Shown: positions 1 through 9,596 of the stretch, piece by piece
How the letters are laid out: every line of letters begins with the position of its first letter
Position numbering within the stretch: the stretch's first letter is position 1
From: Candidatus Bathyarchaeota archaeon
GTDB taxonomy: Archaea; Thermoproteota; Bathyarchaeia; TCS64
Length of the DNA: 58,347 bases
Direction: 5' to 3'
NCBI GenBank assembly: GCA_043826455.1
Contig: JBDRQD010000038.1
Span: 1 to 58,347 of the forward strand
Notes under the pieces: model-generated
What the model was told of the DNA's origin: nothing
Databases searched by the model: none
The model's input: the letters and a program-made list of their open reading frames with translations, nothing else
Position numbers and translations under genes: made by a program

Positions 1-58
1 GACCTGAGCTCCGAGGTGGGGAGCTATACAAGTACCAAGAAGGAGAGGAAGTGTTGAA

Positions 59-574
59 GTGAAGATAAAGGTAACAAAGCTCGTAACGGCAGTGATCCTG
101 TCACTATGCCTGCTGACGCCTCTGATCTCGATATCAGCAAAGAGAAACCAGGACCCAATAATAATCTACACTGTCCCAGACTTTGACAACTTTATACTGT
201 ATGATTACAGTGAAGAGATGCCAAACGGCTTCATCAAGGTAGACGTGGGGTACAGGTTCTTCTGGTATGATGAAGATTTTAACCTTCTCGGATATGCTGA
301 GCAGTACATTGTTGGCGTTAAAAGGGTCGGAAAGGGTAACGATTTCGAGACGCTACGGGGGTGTGGTGTTTTCACCAGCACCATCGACGATAAACCGGGT
401 ACCATCACGTACACCATCGGTAATAACTGGGTGACTGATACGAACATCATGTGGGCTGGACGACTACACATTGTCGGTGGAACAGAGACCTTTGAGGGCA
501 TCAAGGGGCCAGGAAAGCTGAACTTTGAGCTATTTGCGTTCGAGTTATACGTGAACTTTAACCCATGGGAATAA
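59..574 (+). CDS. Secreted hypothetical protein, possible allene-oxide-cyclase/DUF3224-like beta-barrel
   Basis: N-terminal basic+hydrophobic signal peptide; C-terminal 'HIVGGTETFEGIKGPG' resembles the IxGGTGxFxGxxG motif; T-run follows the stop. Confidence 0.55.
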   Translation: MKIKVTKLVTAVILSLCLLTPLISISAKRNQDPIIIYTVPDFDNFILYDYSEEMPNGFIKVDVGYRFFWYDEDFNLLGYAEQYIVGVKRVGKGNDFETLRGCGVFTSTIDDKPGTITYTIGNNWVTDTNIMWAGRLHIVGGTETFEGIKGPGKLNFELFAFELYVNFNPWE

Positions 575-638
575 ACCCATTTTTTTCATCAACTCATGTT
601 CTGTGCATCAATTGACGGGGGAAGTCTTTCAACACGAG

Positions 639-1274
639 TCAGGTGACTAGCTCTCTCCATCCCTCCACGACCCTCGTCGCCCCCCTGCTCATATAGTCCT
701 CGGGCTTGTGGGCGCTGGAACTGCGTAGCCCTATCCTCTCCGGGATGCCCAGCTCCGCGTATACGGTGAAGTACCCTGGGAAGTCGTCAACCACCCTCAT
801 GACCCGGTGCTTCTCCAGTATGGCTTCCAGTATCCTTCTCCTGGCGTCACCTAGTCCGCCGCCCTTCCAGTCCTCCTCTCTGAACATGTGCAGCTCTGCG
901 CCCTCCACGGGGAACCCGAACCTTCTGAGCTGGCTGAAGGTGGCCTCCCTGATGTGCTCCAGGCGGCCCGTGATGTACACCACCGGCCCCTCCCAGTCCC
1001 TAAGGACCTGGGCAGCGTATGGTATGGGTTCATCCGCCTCAACCAGCATGAGGCCCTCCTCGTTCCTGCACAGCATGGTCTCCGTGAAGAGCCTTTGGAG
1101 CTCCCTCATCCTGGGCCTCTGCTCCTCGGTGGCGTGCCTCCCGAAGATCTGCTGCGCCGTCAGGGTCTCTATCTCCTCCTCGGACACGTCGCAGCCCAGG
1201 ACGTGCCTCCACAGGCCCTGGGTCCTCTTTCTTGTGGAGATGAGAGTGTCGTCTATGTCTACTAGTAAGCTCAC
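639..1274 (-). CDS. HAD-superfamily hydrolase
   Basis: Motif I 'VDIDDTL', motif II 'YITGR', motif IV 'VVDD'. Confidence 0.8.
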   Translation of the reverse strand: MSLLVDIDDTLISTRKRTQGLWRHVLGCDVSEEEIETLTAQQIFGRHATEEQRPRMRELQRLFTETMLCRNEEGLMLVEADEPIPYAAQVLRDWEGPVVYITGRLEHIREATFSQLRRFGFPVEGAELHMFREEDWKGGGLGDARRRILEAILEKHRVMRVVDDFPGYFTVYAELGIPERIGLRSSSAHKPEDYMSRGATRVVEGWRELVT

Positions 1275-1756
1275 CGTAGGTCAGCCTCCTCCATGTGTAC
1301 AACGTACTTGCACTCGTCGTCGCCAAGGCCCAGGGCCTTCTCCAGCTCCACCCTTACGAGCCTCTTGAGCAGGGCCCCGAAGGTGGCTTCCACCCATCCC
1401 TTGGAGCAGTGGCAGAAGACACCCGTGTTCCTCACCACCCCGTGCCTCACCAGTGAGCACCCGCACTCCCTGCACGTGGATAAGATGAGGTCGCCTTTCC
1501 TCACCCATTTACCGCACCAGCTGATCTCGCTATTAGCCCGTTCAATGATCCTGTCCAGATCCTTTTCCTCCTGTGCTATCCTCTCAGCGATTTCCAATGC
1601 AGGGCCCCAGTGCTTCTCCCTTGCGCATGCTTCGCCGCACATCCTCATTATCCTGTCCCTGGTCTCCTCGTCTGTCTGGCTAAGGCCGTTCAGCATGGCG
1701 TTGAGGGCGTTGCCGGCCAGCTTCAGCAGGGTGTCCTTCTGTCTAAGTTCCTCCAC
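1271..1756 (-). CDS. Cys-rich V4R-like / DUF6144-like protein
   Basis: 'CGEACA...CGCSLV...FCHCSKGW...GDDECKY' Cys pattern; overlaps the HAD start. Confidence 0.6.
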   Translation of the reverse strand: MEELRQKDTLLKLAGNALNAMLNGLSQTDEETRDRIMRMCGEACAREKHWGPALEIAERIAQEEKDLDRIIERANSEISWCGKWVRKGDLILSTCRECGCSLVRHGVVRNTGVFCHCSKGWVEATFGALLKRLVRVELEKALGLGDDECKYVVHMEEADLR

Positions 1757-2236
1757 TCATCTCCCCTCCTCAGATTCCTCGGCCTGGTACTCCTGGATGG
1801 GCAGCCCGTGGTCCTCCTTCACCGTCTTGAGGGCGATGACCGTGGATATCCGTGTGACCTCGGGCATAGCCATGAGCTCCTTGGCCAGGTCGTGGAGGTC
1901 CAGGTTGTCCTTCACCTTGACCTTGGCCATGATGTCCCAGTCGCCGGCCACCTCATGGACCTCTAGGAGCTTTGGGTGGCCCGCCAGCTTCTCCGCCACC
2001 TGGCAGCAGTCGATCTTTAGGTCCACCCCCAGCCGTATCCATGCGGTGGTGTTGAAGCCCAGGGCGGAGGGCTCTATGATGGGCATTATCCTCTGGATAA
2101 CGCCTTCCTCTGTCATCCTCTTTATCCTGTTGAACACCGTGGACGTAGGCAAACCCAGTCTCTCGGCCAGGGCTCCGTACTGGATTCCGGCGTCCTTCTG
2201 ATACTCGGCGAGGATGCGCTCATCCAGGGCGTCCAC
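1757..2236 (-). CDS. Lrp/AsnC family transcriptional regulator
   Basis: 'DALDERIL...STVFNRIKRM' HTH and 'EVHEVAGDWD' RAM domain; probable GTG start at 2236 (ORF track starts at 2299). Confidence 0.9.
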   Translation of the reverse strand: MDALDERILAEYQKDAGIQYGALAERLGLPTSTVFNRIKRMTEEGVIQRIMPIIEPSALGFNTTAWIRLGVDLKIDCCQVAEKLAGHPKLLEVHEVAGDWDIMAKVKVKDNLDLHDLAKELMAMPEVTRISTVIALKTVKEDHGLPIQEYQAEESEEGR

Positions 2237-2473
2237 TCCTTTATGAACCAAAAACGTTCCTCCCCATGGATGTGATATCCTATCTAAAATATTTAACATT
2301 ATTTAGATGAAGTTTATTCTTCCCCCTTTTTTCTGAACGACGTCTCCGAAAAATATGTGAAATATTGATATTAAGTTGGGGGTGTCAGACGCCCTTATAG
2401 ATGGAGCGTGCCTCCGTTTTTAGCTATCACCTAGTTTATATTCCGGGGTCTTCAAAGGAAAAGATGTAAAAAC

Positions 2474-3430
2474 ATGAGTTTACTCAGGTTAAGGCTCTCC
2501 ATGCTAGGCACCCTGGCAGCCATAATAGCGATATCCACACTGAGCATCGGCCTGGTCCTCAGCATGATGGGCGAGCTCAACGTCTACACCCTCGTAGGAG
2601 TAGTCATAGTGTTCAACATCGGCCAATGGCTGCTGGCCCCCTACCTCATCAACGCCATCTACAAGGCCCGGCAGATAGAGCCCGGGGAGAGCCCCCGCCT
2701 CCACCAGGCGGTGGAAGACCTGTCCGCCAGGTCGGGGATAAAGAAGCCCAAGCTCATGTACTCCAGCCTGGCCATCCCCAACGCCTTCGCCTACGGGTCC
2801 CCCCTCACCGGGAGCCACGTGGCCGTAACCCAGGGCCTCCTCACCGCCCTAAGCACGGACGAGGTGGAGGCAGTCATAGGCCACGAGTTGGGCCACATCA
2901 AGCACAGAGACGTCCAGGCCATGATGTTCCTGTCCCTCCTCCCCAGCATCTTCTACATCGTGGCCAGGTCCACCCTCTTCAGCCGCCTCTACGGCGGCAG
3001 AGACAGGAGAGACTCGGGGGCCACGGCCCTCATAGGTGGTGTATCCATGCTTGTATACTTCGTGCTCCTCCTCTTCAACATGGGTTTCAGCCGCCTCAGG
3101 GAATACTACGCAGACCAGCACAGCGCCAAGGTGGTGGAAGACGGCGCCAGGAAGCTGTCCACGGGCCTCGCCAAGATAACCACATCCACAGCCAGGGCCC
3201 AGGGCATGGGCTTGGGGGGCCCCTCGGCTAGCGGCTTCAAGGCCCTCTTCATCTCCGACCCCGACAGGGCCCTCCAGGACGCCTACGAGCTACAAAGCGC
3301 TGGTTTGGCATCCGACAGGGATCTAGTGCACAGCATCATGGGCCGCCGGGTCACGGCCCTCGACAGGCTGGGGGAGCTATTCTCCACCCACCCCAACATA
3401 GTGAAGAGGCTAAGAGCCCTCAACAGCTAG
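2474..3430 (+). CDS. htpX: HtpX zinc metalloprotease (M48)
   Basis: 'PNAFA', 'HELGHIKHRD', 'SRLREYYAD', 'FSTHP' motifs; TM segments. Confidence 0.92.
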   Translation: MSLLRLRLSMLGTLAAIIAISTLSIGLVLSMMGELNVYTLVGVVIVFNIGQWLLAPYLINAIYKARQIEPGESPRLHQAVEDLSARSGIKKPKLMYSSLAIPNAFAYGSPLTGSHVAVTQGLLTALSTDEVEAVIGHELGHIKHRDVQAMMFLSLLPSIFYIVARSTLFSRLYGGRDRRDSGATALIGGVSMLVYFVLLLFNMGFSRLREYYADQHSAKVVEDGARKLSTGLAKITTSTARAQGMGLGGPSASGFKALFISDPDRALQDAYELQSAGLASDRDLVHSIMGRRVTALDRLGELFSTHPNIVKRLRALNS

Positions 3431-3453
3431 GCGACGGGCAAAGGAAGGGCTCT

Positions 3454-3558
3454 TCACTTCTCCTTCTTGTGCGTCTTCTTGTGGTTCTCCAGCCTCTCCT
3501 TGGACTGGAAGGTCTTGCCGCAGGCTCTGCAAGTGAACTTCCGCTTGAGAATCGACAC
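3454..3558 (-). CDS. 34-aa classical C2H2 zinc-finger microprotein (not in ORF track)
   Basis: Hand translation MSILKRKFTCRACGKTFQSKERLENHKKTHKKEK; GTG start preceded by GGTGA and an upstream TTTAATAT box. Confidence 0.8.
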   Translation of the reverse strand: MSILKRKFTCRACGKTFQSKERLENHKKTHKKEK

Positions 3559-3627
3559 AGACTCACCAATACTCGTGAAAAAGATGTAATATTAAAGTGC
3601 TCTGCATCACCGCCCCATGAACACAGT

Positions 3628-4950
3628 CTACGCCCTTGAGGCAGGGTCGTCGTAGGGTTCGACCACCAGAACAGGGCCCTCCTTGGCCACCACCCGGACT
3701 CTCTCCCCCCGCCTCACAGGCGCCCGGCTCCTGGCCATCCACGTCTCCCCCTCCATGAGCACGAAGCCCCCGCCACCCGCATCCATGTCGCCAGCGGCCT
3801 CAGCCACGCCGCCCACAGCCCCAACCATGTAGGGCGCTCTGCGACGGGCCTCCAGTACCTTGTAGATGGCGAAGGCGAAGAAGCCGCCCGTGATGAGAGG
3901 GACCACGATGAGCAATGTGTACAGGGAGTTCAGCCAGGCCTCCTGAACCATCCAGTCAGCCGGGAACACCAGGAAGCTACCCAGCAACATGCAGGCCACC
4001 CCGGTGGCGCCTACTGCGCCGAAGCCCGGTATCTGGGTCTCCGCCACCAGAAGCACAATGCCGGCGGCCAGCAGTATCATGCCCCCCAGGTTGACGCCGA
4101 AGACCCCCAGCCCCACTAGGCCCAGCACCAGCATCAGGCCGCCCACGGCCTCCGCCCCGAGCCCCGGGGAGTAGAGCCCCAAGATGAGCCCGTAGAAGCC
4201 CACTATGAATAGGAGGTAGGCCAGGGTCGGGTCTGCGAGGAAGCCCAGGAAGGATACTCGGATGCTGAGGCTCAATTCCTTGACAGAGGCCCCTGTGCCC
4301 CTCAGGGTCACTGTTCGGCCGCCGGCCTCCACCGTCACCCCGTCCAGCTGCCCCAGAAGAGCAGCCACGTCCGCGGCCACATACTCTATGACTCCCTGCT
4401 CCAGGGCCTCGGCCTCGTTCAGGTTCAGGTTCTCTGAGACGAACCGCTCAGCCACAGACACGTTCCTTTTGTTTGCCCTAGCCCTCTCGGCCAGGTACTT
4501 GGTGAGGGCGTTGATCTGCTTAGAGTCGTTGATGGGCTTGGAGCCGCCCAGGGGGTCGTAGGCCACGGGCTGGCAGGAGCCTATGATGGTGTTGGGGGCC
4601 ATTGCTGCCACCCGGGTCGCCATGAGTATGTAGGTGCCCGCGGACCAGGCTCTGCCGCCTTTAGGATATACGTAGCCCAGCACGGGGGTCTCGGCGCGCT
4701 CGATGGCCTCAACGATCCTGAAGGTGGCGTCCATGGAGCCCCCGGGGGTGTCCAGCAGTAGTATCACGGCCTCACCGGTCTCCTCTGCACCTCTGATCCC
4801 CTCGGCCACCATCTCCGCCGCGGACGCCGATATGACCCCCTCCAGCCTTATCAGGAGGTACCTGTCTACCTGAACCGGCTCTCCGAGGCAGCTCGGAATT
4901 GAAAACAGAAAAACTATGATGAGGGTGATTAGGAGCTTTTGTTTATTCAT
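3628..4950 (-). CDS. nfeD: NfeD family membrane-bound ClpP-class serine protease
   Basis: 'LDTPGG', 'AWSAGTYI' catalytic Ser, TM bundle, C-terminal OB-like 'GETWMARS'; downstream of stomatin. Confidence 0.9.
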   Translation of the reverse strand: MNKQKLLITLIIVFLFSIPSCLGEPVQVDRYLLIRLEGVISASAAEMVAEGIRGAEETGEAVILLLDTPGGSMDATFRIVEAIERAETPVLGYVYPKGGRAWSAGTYILMATRVAAMAPNTIIGSCQPVAYDPLGGSKPINDSKQINALTKYLAERARANKRNVSVAERFVSENLNLNEAEALEQGVIEYVAADVAALLGQLDGVTVEAGGRTVTLRGTGASVKELSLSIRVSFLGFLADPTLAYLLFIVGFYGLILGLYSPGLGAEAVGGLMLVLGLVGLGVFGVNLGGMILLAAGIVLLVAETQIPGFGAVGATGVACMLLGSFLVFPADWMVQEAWLNSLYTLLIVVPLITGGFFAFAIYKVLEARRRAPYMVGAVGGVAEAAGDMDAGGGGFVLMEGETWMARSRAPVRRGERVRVVAKEGPVLVVEPYDDPASRA

Positions 4951-5735
4951 CTCGCCTTGGTTTCTTCCTTCTTCATCATGCCGATGAGGGTCGCGTAGTC
5001 TGAGCCCAGGGCGGTGGGGGTGACCACAATCAGGTTCTTCTCCCTGGCCACCTCCGTCAGGGTCTGTAACTCCCTCAGCCTAATGGCGGTGGGGTTCTCC
5101 TGGTACAGCTTGGCCGCTTCGGTCATCTTAGCAGCGGCCTCAAACTCACCGTCGGCCATGATGATCCTGCTCCTCCTCTCCCTCTCCGCCTCCGCCTGCT
5201 TAGCTATAGCCCTCTGCATGGAGTCGGGCAGGGACACGTCCTTGATGGCCACGTTGGTCACCTTGATGCCCCACGGGTCCGTCTGTATGTCCAGTATCTC
5301 CGTCAGCTTCTGGCCCAGGGACTCCCGCTTAGTCAGCAGGTCATCCAGCTCCACCTGGCCTATTGTGTCACGGAGAGCAGTCTGGCCCAGCAGGTTCGTC
5401 GCGTTGACGTAGTTCTCAACGCTCACCACGGCCTTCACCGGGTCGGAGACCCTGTAGTAGACCACGGCGTCCACGTCCACGGTGATGTTGTCCCTTGTGA
5501 TGATCTGCTGGTTGGGTACGTCGAAAGTCACTACACGCAGGTCCACCTGCCTGAAGGTGTCCACCAGAGGTATCTTGAAGAAGACCCCCGGCCCCCTTGC
5601 ACCTGTGAGGCGGCCCAGCCTGAATATGATGGCTCTCTCGTACTCCTTTACCACCTTCACGGAGGAGGAGACGATCCATATCACAGCGACTACGCTGATG
5701 ACGATTATCGTGATCTCATCTAGTGAGAACGCCAT
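4947..5735 (-). CDS. SPFH/stomatin (slipin) family protein
   Basis: 'EYERAIIFRLGR', 'TDPWGIKV', 'AKQAEAERERR'. Confidence 0.93.
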   Translation of the reverse strand: MAFSLDEITIIVISVVAVIWIVSSSVKVVKEYERAIIFRLGRLTGARGPGVFFKIPLVDTFRQVDLRVVTFDVPNQQIITRDNITVDVDAVVYYRVSDPVKAVVSVENYVNATNLLGQTALRDTIGQVELDDLLTKRESLGQKLTEILDIQTDPWGIKVTNVAIKDVSLPDSMQRAIAKQAEAERERRSRIIMADGEFEAAAKMTEAAKLYQENPTAIRLRELQTLTEVAREKNLIVVTPTALGSDYATLIGMMKKEETKAR

Positions 5736-5975
5736 ACATCCTCTAAAACTCCTAGAGAGAGCTAGTTAATTTACATTTACACTTAAAAACGAGACATAAA
5801 CAGTCTCCGAATGGCATTAGAAGGTTTTTGTTAGCCTCATTTTCGGAATATAAAAAGGAAAATGGCGTGAGGGCCATGCATCCCAGGGTTATACCTAAAA
5901 GGTGAATTTAGGATTAAAAGATGAGCCGAAAAAGCCGTGCAAATGTTAAAATAACTTGGCACACAGTCTGGATTT

Positions 5976-7889
5976 ATGAAGCTTCTCCATTCCATCATGC
6001 CGTCAAGGATGGAAAAGATCCGGGTCATGGTGATGGAGGAGCATGTGGAAGACCTTCTCAGAGCCCTCCAGAACCTGGAGTCCGTCCACCTGGTAAACAT
6101 GAGTGAGCGGCTCATGAAGTGGGAGAACCTGGTCCAGGGCATGGAGTCGCCCCTCCAGGACCTCAACAGGTGGGAGCGCACCCGGACCAGACTGGCCGCC
6201 ATCCTGGACGATCTGGGCCTGGACCCTGAGCCCGGGTTCCTGGACCAGTACATCAAGCCCCTGGACCGCAAACCCGTGCTCATCACCCACCGTGACGAGG
6301 ACGAGCTCCTGGGAACCGCTGACGAGGTCATGGGAGACATAAGGCGCCAGATATCCTCGGTAGTGGACAGGTACGTTCCCGTCCGGGAGGCCCTCGCCGA
6401 GATGAGCCACCACGACTTCGACGTAGGCCTCATCAAGCCGTCCGACAAGGTGACCATCTTCCTGGGCACAGTGGCCTCCGAGAGCATAAGGATCATTCAG
6501 AGGGACCTGACCGAGAGGCTGCCCTACACTCGGCTCTACTCGGAGGGGAAAGGGCGGACCCGGTACCTGGTTGTGGCGTCCCTGAAGATACACGAGGACG
6601 ATGTCTCGGACATCCTAGAGAGGCGGGGCTTCCAGAGAATACCCGTCCCCGAGGAGCTGGAGGGGTCCACGTCCTCCGTCATCAAGTGGATAGACGCCAG
6701 GGTGGCCGAGGTTAGGGACAAGAACCGGGAGCCCATCTACAAGCTGTCCGACGCCGTCAGCGGCGTCCTGGGCCGCTTGGAGGCCATGGAGAAGCTGGGC
6801 AGGACAGGCAACATCATAGTCATCGAAGGCTGGGTCCCCCAGGCCAGAGCCCAGGAGACCGTGAACACAGTGCTGGAGGCCACCAAGGGCATGGCCCGGG
6901 TGGTGGTCACCCCGCCGGACGAGCCCGAGGAAAACACCCCCACCCTCCTTGGCGGCCCCTTCAGCTCCTTCGCCTCCCTCGTGGAGACCTACGACGTGCC
7001 CAGGTACAACGAGGTGGACCCCAGCAGCTTCATGGCCTTCTTCTTCACGGTGTTCGTGGGCCTCATGATTGGGGACATAGCCCTTGGTGCCCTGGTGGCA
7101 GCGGCCGGCTACGTGTTCCTCAGGGGGGCCGGCTCCAGGAGCCGGGGCATGAAGGACCTGAGCAAGGTCATCATAGCGTCAGGGTTCAGCGCCGTCCTGT
7201 TCGGGGTCCTCACAGGCTCGTTCATGTCCGGGGTGGTGGAGGAGTTCACGGACGGCGCCATAAAGTTCCCCGTGCTGTGGCTGAGCCCGGCCGACGATCC
7301 CTTGGGCTTCCTGCCCGTTGTGCTGATGATAGGCGTCTTCCACCTGGGGGTGGGGATACTCCTGGGCTTGGTCAACAACCTGATGAACGCCCGATACAGG
7401 AGCATCCTGGGGGACCAGGTGTCCGCCACCCTCCTCCTCGCCGGGGCGGGGGTCCTAATGGTCAAGGGCCAGTTCGCGTTGGCGGGCTGGGGCCTCGTGG
7501 GCTACGGCGCAGTGGCGGCTGGGGTGGCCGCCCTTCTCCTGGGGCACGGGCCCAGCGGCCTACTGGAGCTCACCAAGATACTGAGCAACATAATATCCTA
7601 TATCAGGCTCCTGGCCCTCAACATGGCGTCCGCGTGGATGGGCCGCACCTTCGTCCTCCTCTCGGCCATGCTCCTGCCCATCGCCTATGTGGGGCTCCCC
7701 CTCACCATCTTCCTGCTGGCCTTCAGCCAGTTCTTCCTTGTCTTCATATCCAGCTTCTCCACCTTCGCCCACGCCCTCAGGCTCCACTACGTGGAGTTTT
7801 TCGGCAGGTTCTTCATGGGGGGCGGCACCAGGTTCAAGTCCTTGAGGGTAGAGAGAAGATATACGTACGTTTCAAAAGGTGAACTATGA
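5976..7889 (+). CDS. atpI: A/V-type ATP synthase subunit I (a)
   Basis: 'EGWVP', 'PRYNEVDP', 'SYIRLLAL' (essential Arg), 'HALRLHYVEFFGRFF'. Confidence 0.93.
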   Translation: MKLLHSIMPSRMEKIRVMVMEEHVEDLLRALQNLESVHLVNMSERLMKWENLVQGMESPLQDLNRWERTRTRLAAILDDLGLDPEPGFLDQYIKPLDRKPVLITHRDEDELLGTADEVMGDIRRQISSVVDRYVPVREALAEMSHHDFDVGLIKPSDKVTIFLGTVASESIRIIQRDLTERLPYTRLYSEGKGRTRYLVVASLKIHEDDVSDILERRGFQRIPVPEELEGSTSSVIKWIDARVAEVRDKNREPIYKLSDAVSGVLGRLEAMEKLGRTGNIIVIEGWVPQARAQETVNTVLEATKGMARVVVTPPDEPEENTPTLLGGPFSSFASLVETYDVPRYNEVDPSSFMAFFFTVFVGLMIGDIALGALVAAAGYVFLRGAGSRSRGMKDLSKVIIASGFSAVLFGVLTGSFMSGVVEEFTDGAIKFPVLWLSPADDPLGFLPVVLMIGVFHLGVGILLGLVNNLMNARYRSILGDQVSATLLLAGAGVLMVKGQFALAGWGLVGYGAVAAGVAALLLGHGPSGLLELTKILSNIISYIRLLALNMASAWMGRTFVLLSAMLLPIAYVGLPLTIFLLAFSQFFLVFISSFSTFAHALRLHYVEFFGRFFMGGGTRFKSLRVERRYTYVSKGEL

Positions 7890-8590
7890 TGGATACAGCA
7901 ACCCTGGCCCTAGTCATCGGCGGCGTCACCCTATCCATAGGGCTTGCCGGGACGGGGGCCTCCATTGGCCAGAGGATGGCGGCGTCAGCCAGCAGCCTCC
8001 TCATGGCTGACAAGCCGGAGCGGTTCGGCATTAGCCTCATACTCACGGTCATCGTGGAGACCTCGGCCATATACGGGCTGCTGGTGTCCATCCTCATCCT
8101 TGTGCGGATGGGGAACGTCACCGACTTCAACCAGGGCCTAGCGGCCCTGGCCGCAGGCCTCAGCGTAGGCGTCAGCGGATTCTTCACGGGCCTCGGAGAA
8201 GGCGTGGCTGCCTCCGCATCCGTTGGTGCTGTGGCCGAGAGGGAGGGAGTCTTCGGGCGAGCCTTGGTCATCACGGTCCTGCCTGAGACGGGGGCCATCT
8301 ACGGGCTGCTGCTGTCGGTGCTCATCCTCAGCGGCTCAGGGTTCCTGGGGGAGGTCAAGGCCCCCATGGAGCAGATGGGTGTGGCGTGCATGTACTCGGC
8401 CATCGTCCTGTGCGTCACCAGCATATGCAGCTATCTCCAGGGCAGGGTGGGAAGCTCGGCCATCACGGCCACCACCAAGAACGACGAGGCCTTCGGGCGG
8501 GACCTCATCTTCGTGGTCCTCCTGGAGTCGGTCCTCATCTACGGGCTCCTGGTGAGCATCCTGATACTCAACTTCAACGGAGTGATCTAA
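7886..8590 (+). CDS. atpK: A-type ATP synthase subunit K (c), triplicated (three hairpins)
   Basis: Three E-[TS]-x-x-IYGLL repeats (E58, E134, E214). Confidence 0.9.
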   Translation: MMDTATLALVIGGVTLSIGLAGTGASIGQRMAASASSLLMADKPERFGISLILTVIVETSAIYGLLVSILILVRMGNVTDFNQGLAALAAGLSVGVSGFFTGLGEGVAASASVGAVAEREGVFGRALVITVLPETGAIYGLLLSVLILSGSGFLGEVKAPMEQMGVACMYSAIVLCVTSICSYLQGRVGSSAITATTKNDEAFGRDLIFVVLLESVLIYGLLVSILILNFNGVI

Positions 8591-8941
8591 GTGAGTGAGC
8601 CCGGCGAGACCCCCAGCTTCCAGGACATGCTGAAGGAGCTCAGGTACCTCAAGGAGGCCGAGGTCCAGGCAGAGAAGATCATCGACGACGCTGACAGGAG
8701 GGCCAAGGACCTGGTGAGCGACGCCGAGAGCAAGGCCGCCATGCTGCTCTCAGAGAACGTGGAGAAGCGCAGGCAGCTGGAGATACAGATCAGGGAGGAG
8801 GTGGAGAAGGAGTTCAGGGAGACCCTGGCCAAGCTGGAGGAGGACTACGTAGGGGAGAGGAGCGGGGTGAAGCAGAGGTCGGAGGAGCACATGGAGGAGG
8901 CCGTCAAGTACCTGGTTCGCAGCCTCCTGGCCACGAGGTGA
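8591..8941 (+). CDS. atpH: A-type ATP synthase subunit H/G (peripheral stalk)
   Basis: Charged helical 'LKEAEVQAEKIIDDA...AKDLVSDA' pattern; operon position. Confidence 0.7.
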   Translation: MSEPGETPSFQDMLKELRYLKEAEVQAEKIIDDADRRAKDLVSDAESKAAMLLSENVEKRRQLEIQIREEVEKEFRETLAKLEEDYVGERSGVKQRSEEHMEEAVKYLVRSLLATR

Positions 8942-8945
8942 GTGT

Positions 8946-9578
8946 ATGTCAAAGAACACAGAGTCCCTGGAGGCCATGCGCCGGAAGATCATCCAGGATG
9001 CTGAGGCGGAGGCCCTACGGATAATAACCCAGGCCACGAAGAGGGCCGACGAGGTTCTGGAGGCGGCCAGGCAGGAGTCCAGCTACGAGGAGGACGTGGA
9101 CAGGAGCCACATCAGAGACAGCCACCAGGCGACGGACAGGGAGCGGGTGAGCGAGACCATGTCCGAGTACACGGCCCTCCTGTCCTCCTACAAATCCGAG
9201 ATACTGGACAGCATATACCAGGAGACCCTGAGACGGGTGAAGATGCACGTGGACTCGGAGGAGTACCTGTCCACCATGGAGGGACTCATCGTTGAGGCCG
9301 GGATAGCCCTGGGCGGGGGAGAGCTGACCGTCTGGGTCAACCAGGAGGACTCGGAGAGAGCCAGTAGCGAGCTGCTGGCACGGGCCTCCGCCGAGGTGAC
9401 TAAGGTCACGGGTAAAGCGGCCCGGCTCATCCTGAGCCAGGAGCCCCTTGAGGCTGTGGGCGGAGCCAGGCTGGTCCAGGCCGAGTCGAAGGCCACGGTG
9501 GACAACACCTTCGAGGGGAGACTCAAGAGGCTGAAGGAGCAGAGAGAAAGCGAACTGGAGAACATGGTGTTTGGCTGA
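8946..9578 (+). CDS. atpE: A-type ATP synthase subunit E
   Basis: 'KIIQDAEAEA' N-terminal helix, 'GGARL...VDNTFEGRL'. Confidence 0.88.
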   Translation: MSKNTESLEAMRRKIIQDAEAEALRIITQATKRADEVLEAARQESSYEEDVDRSHIRDSHQATDRERVSETMSEYTALLSSYKSEILDSIYQETLRRVKMHVDSEEYLSTMEGLIVEAGIALGGGELTVWVNQEDSERASSELLARASAEVTKVTGKAARLILSQEPLEAVGGARLVQAESKATVDNTFEGRLKRLKEQRESELENMVFG

Positions 9579-9596
9579 CGTGGAGGAGGTTCCGCC

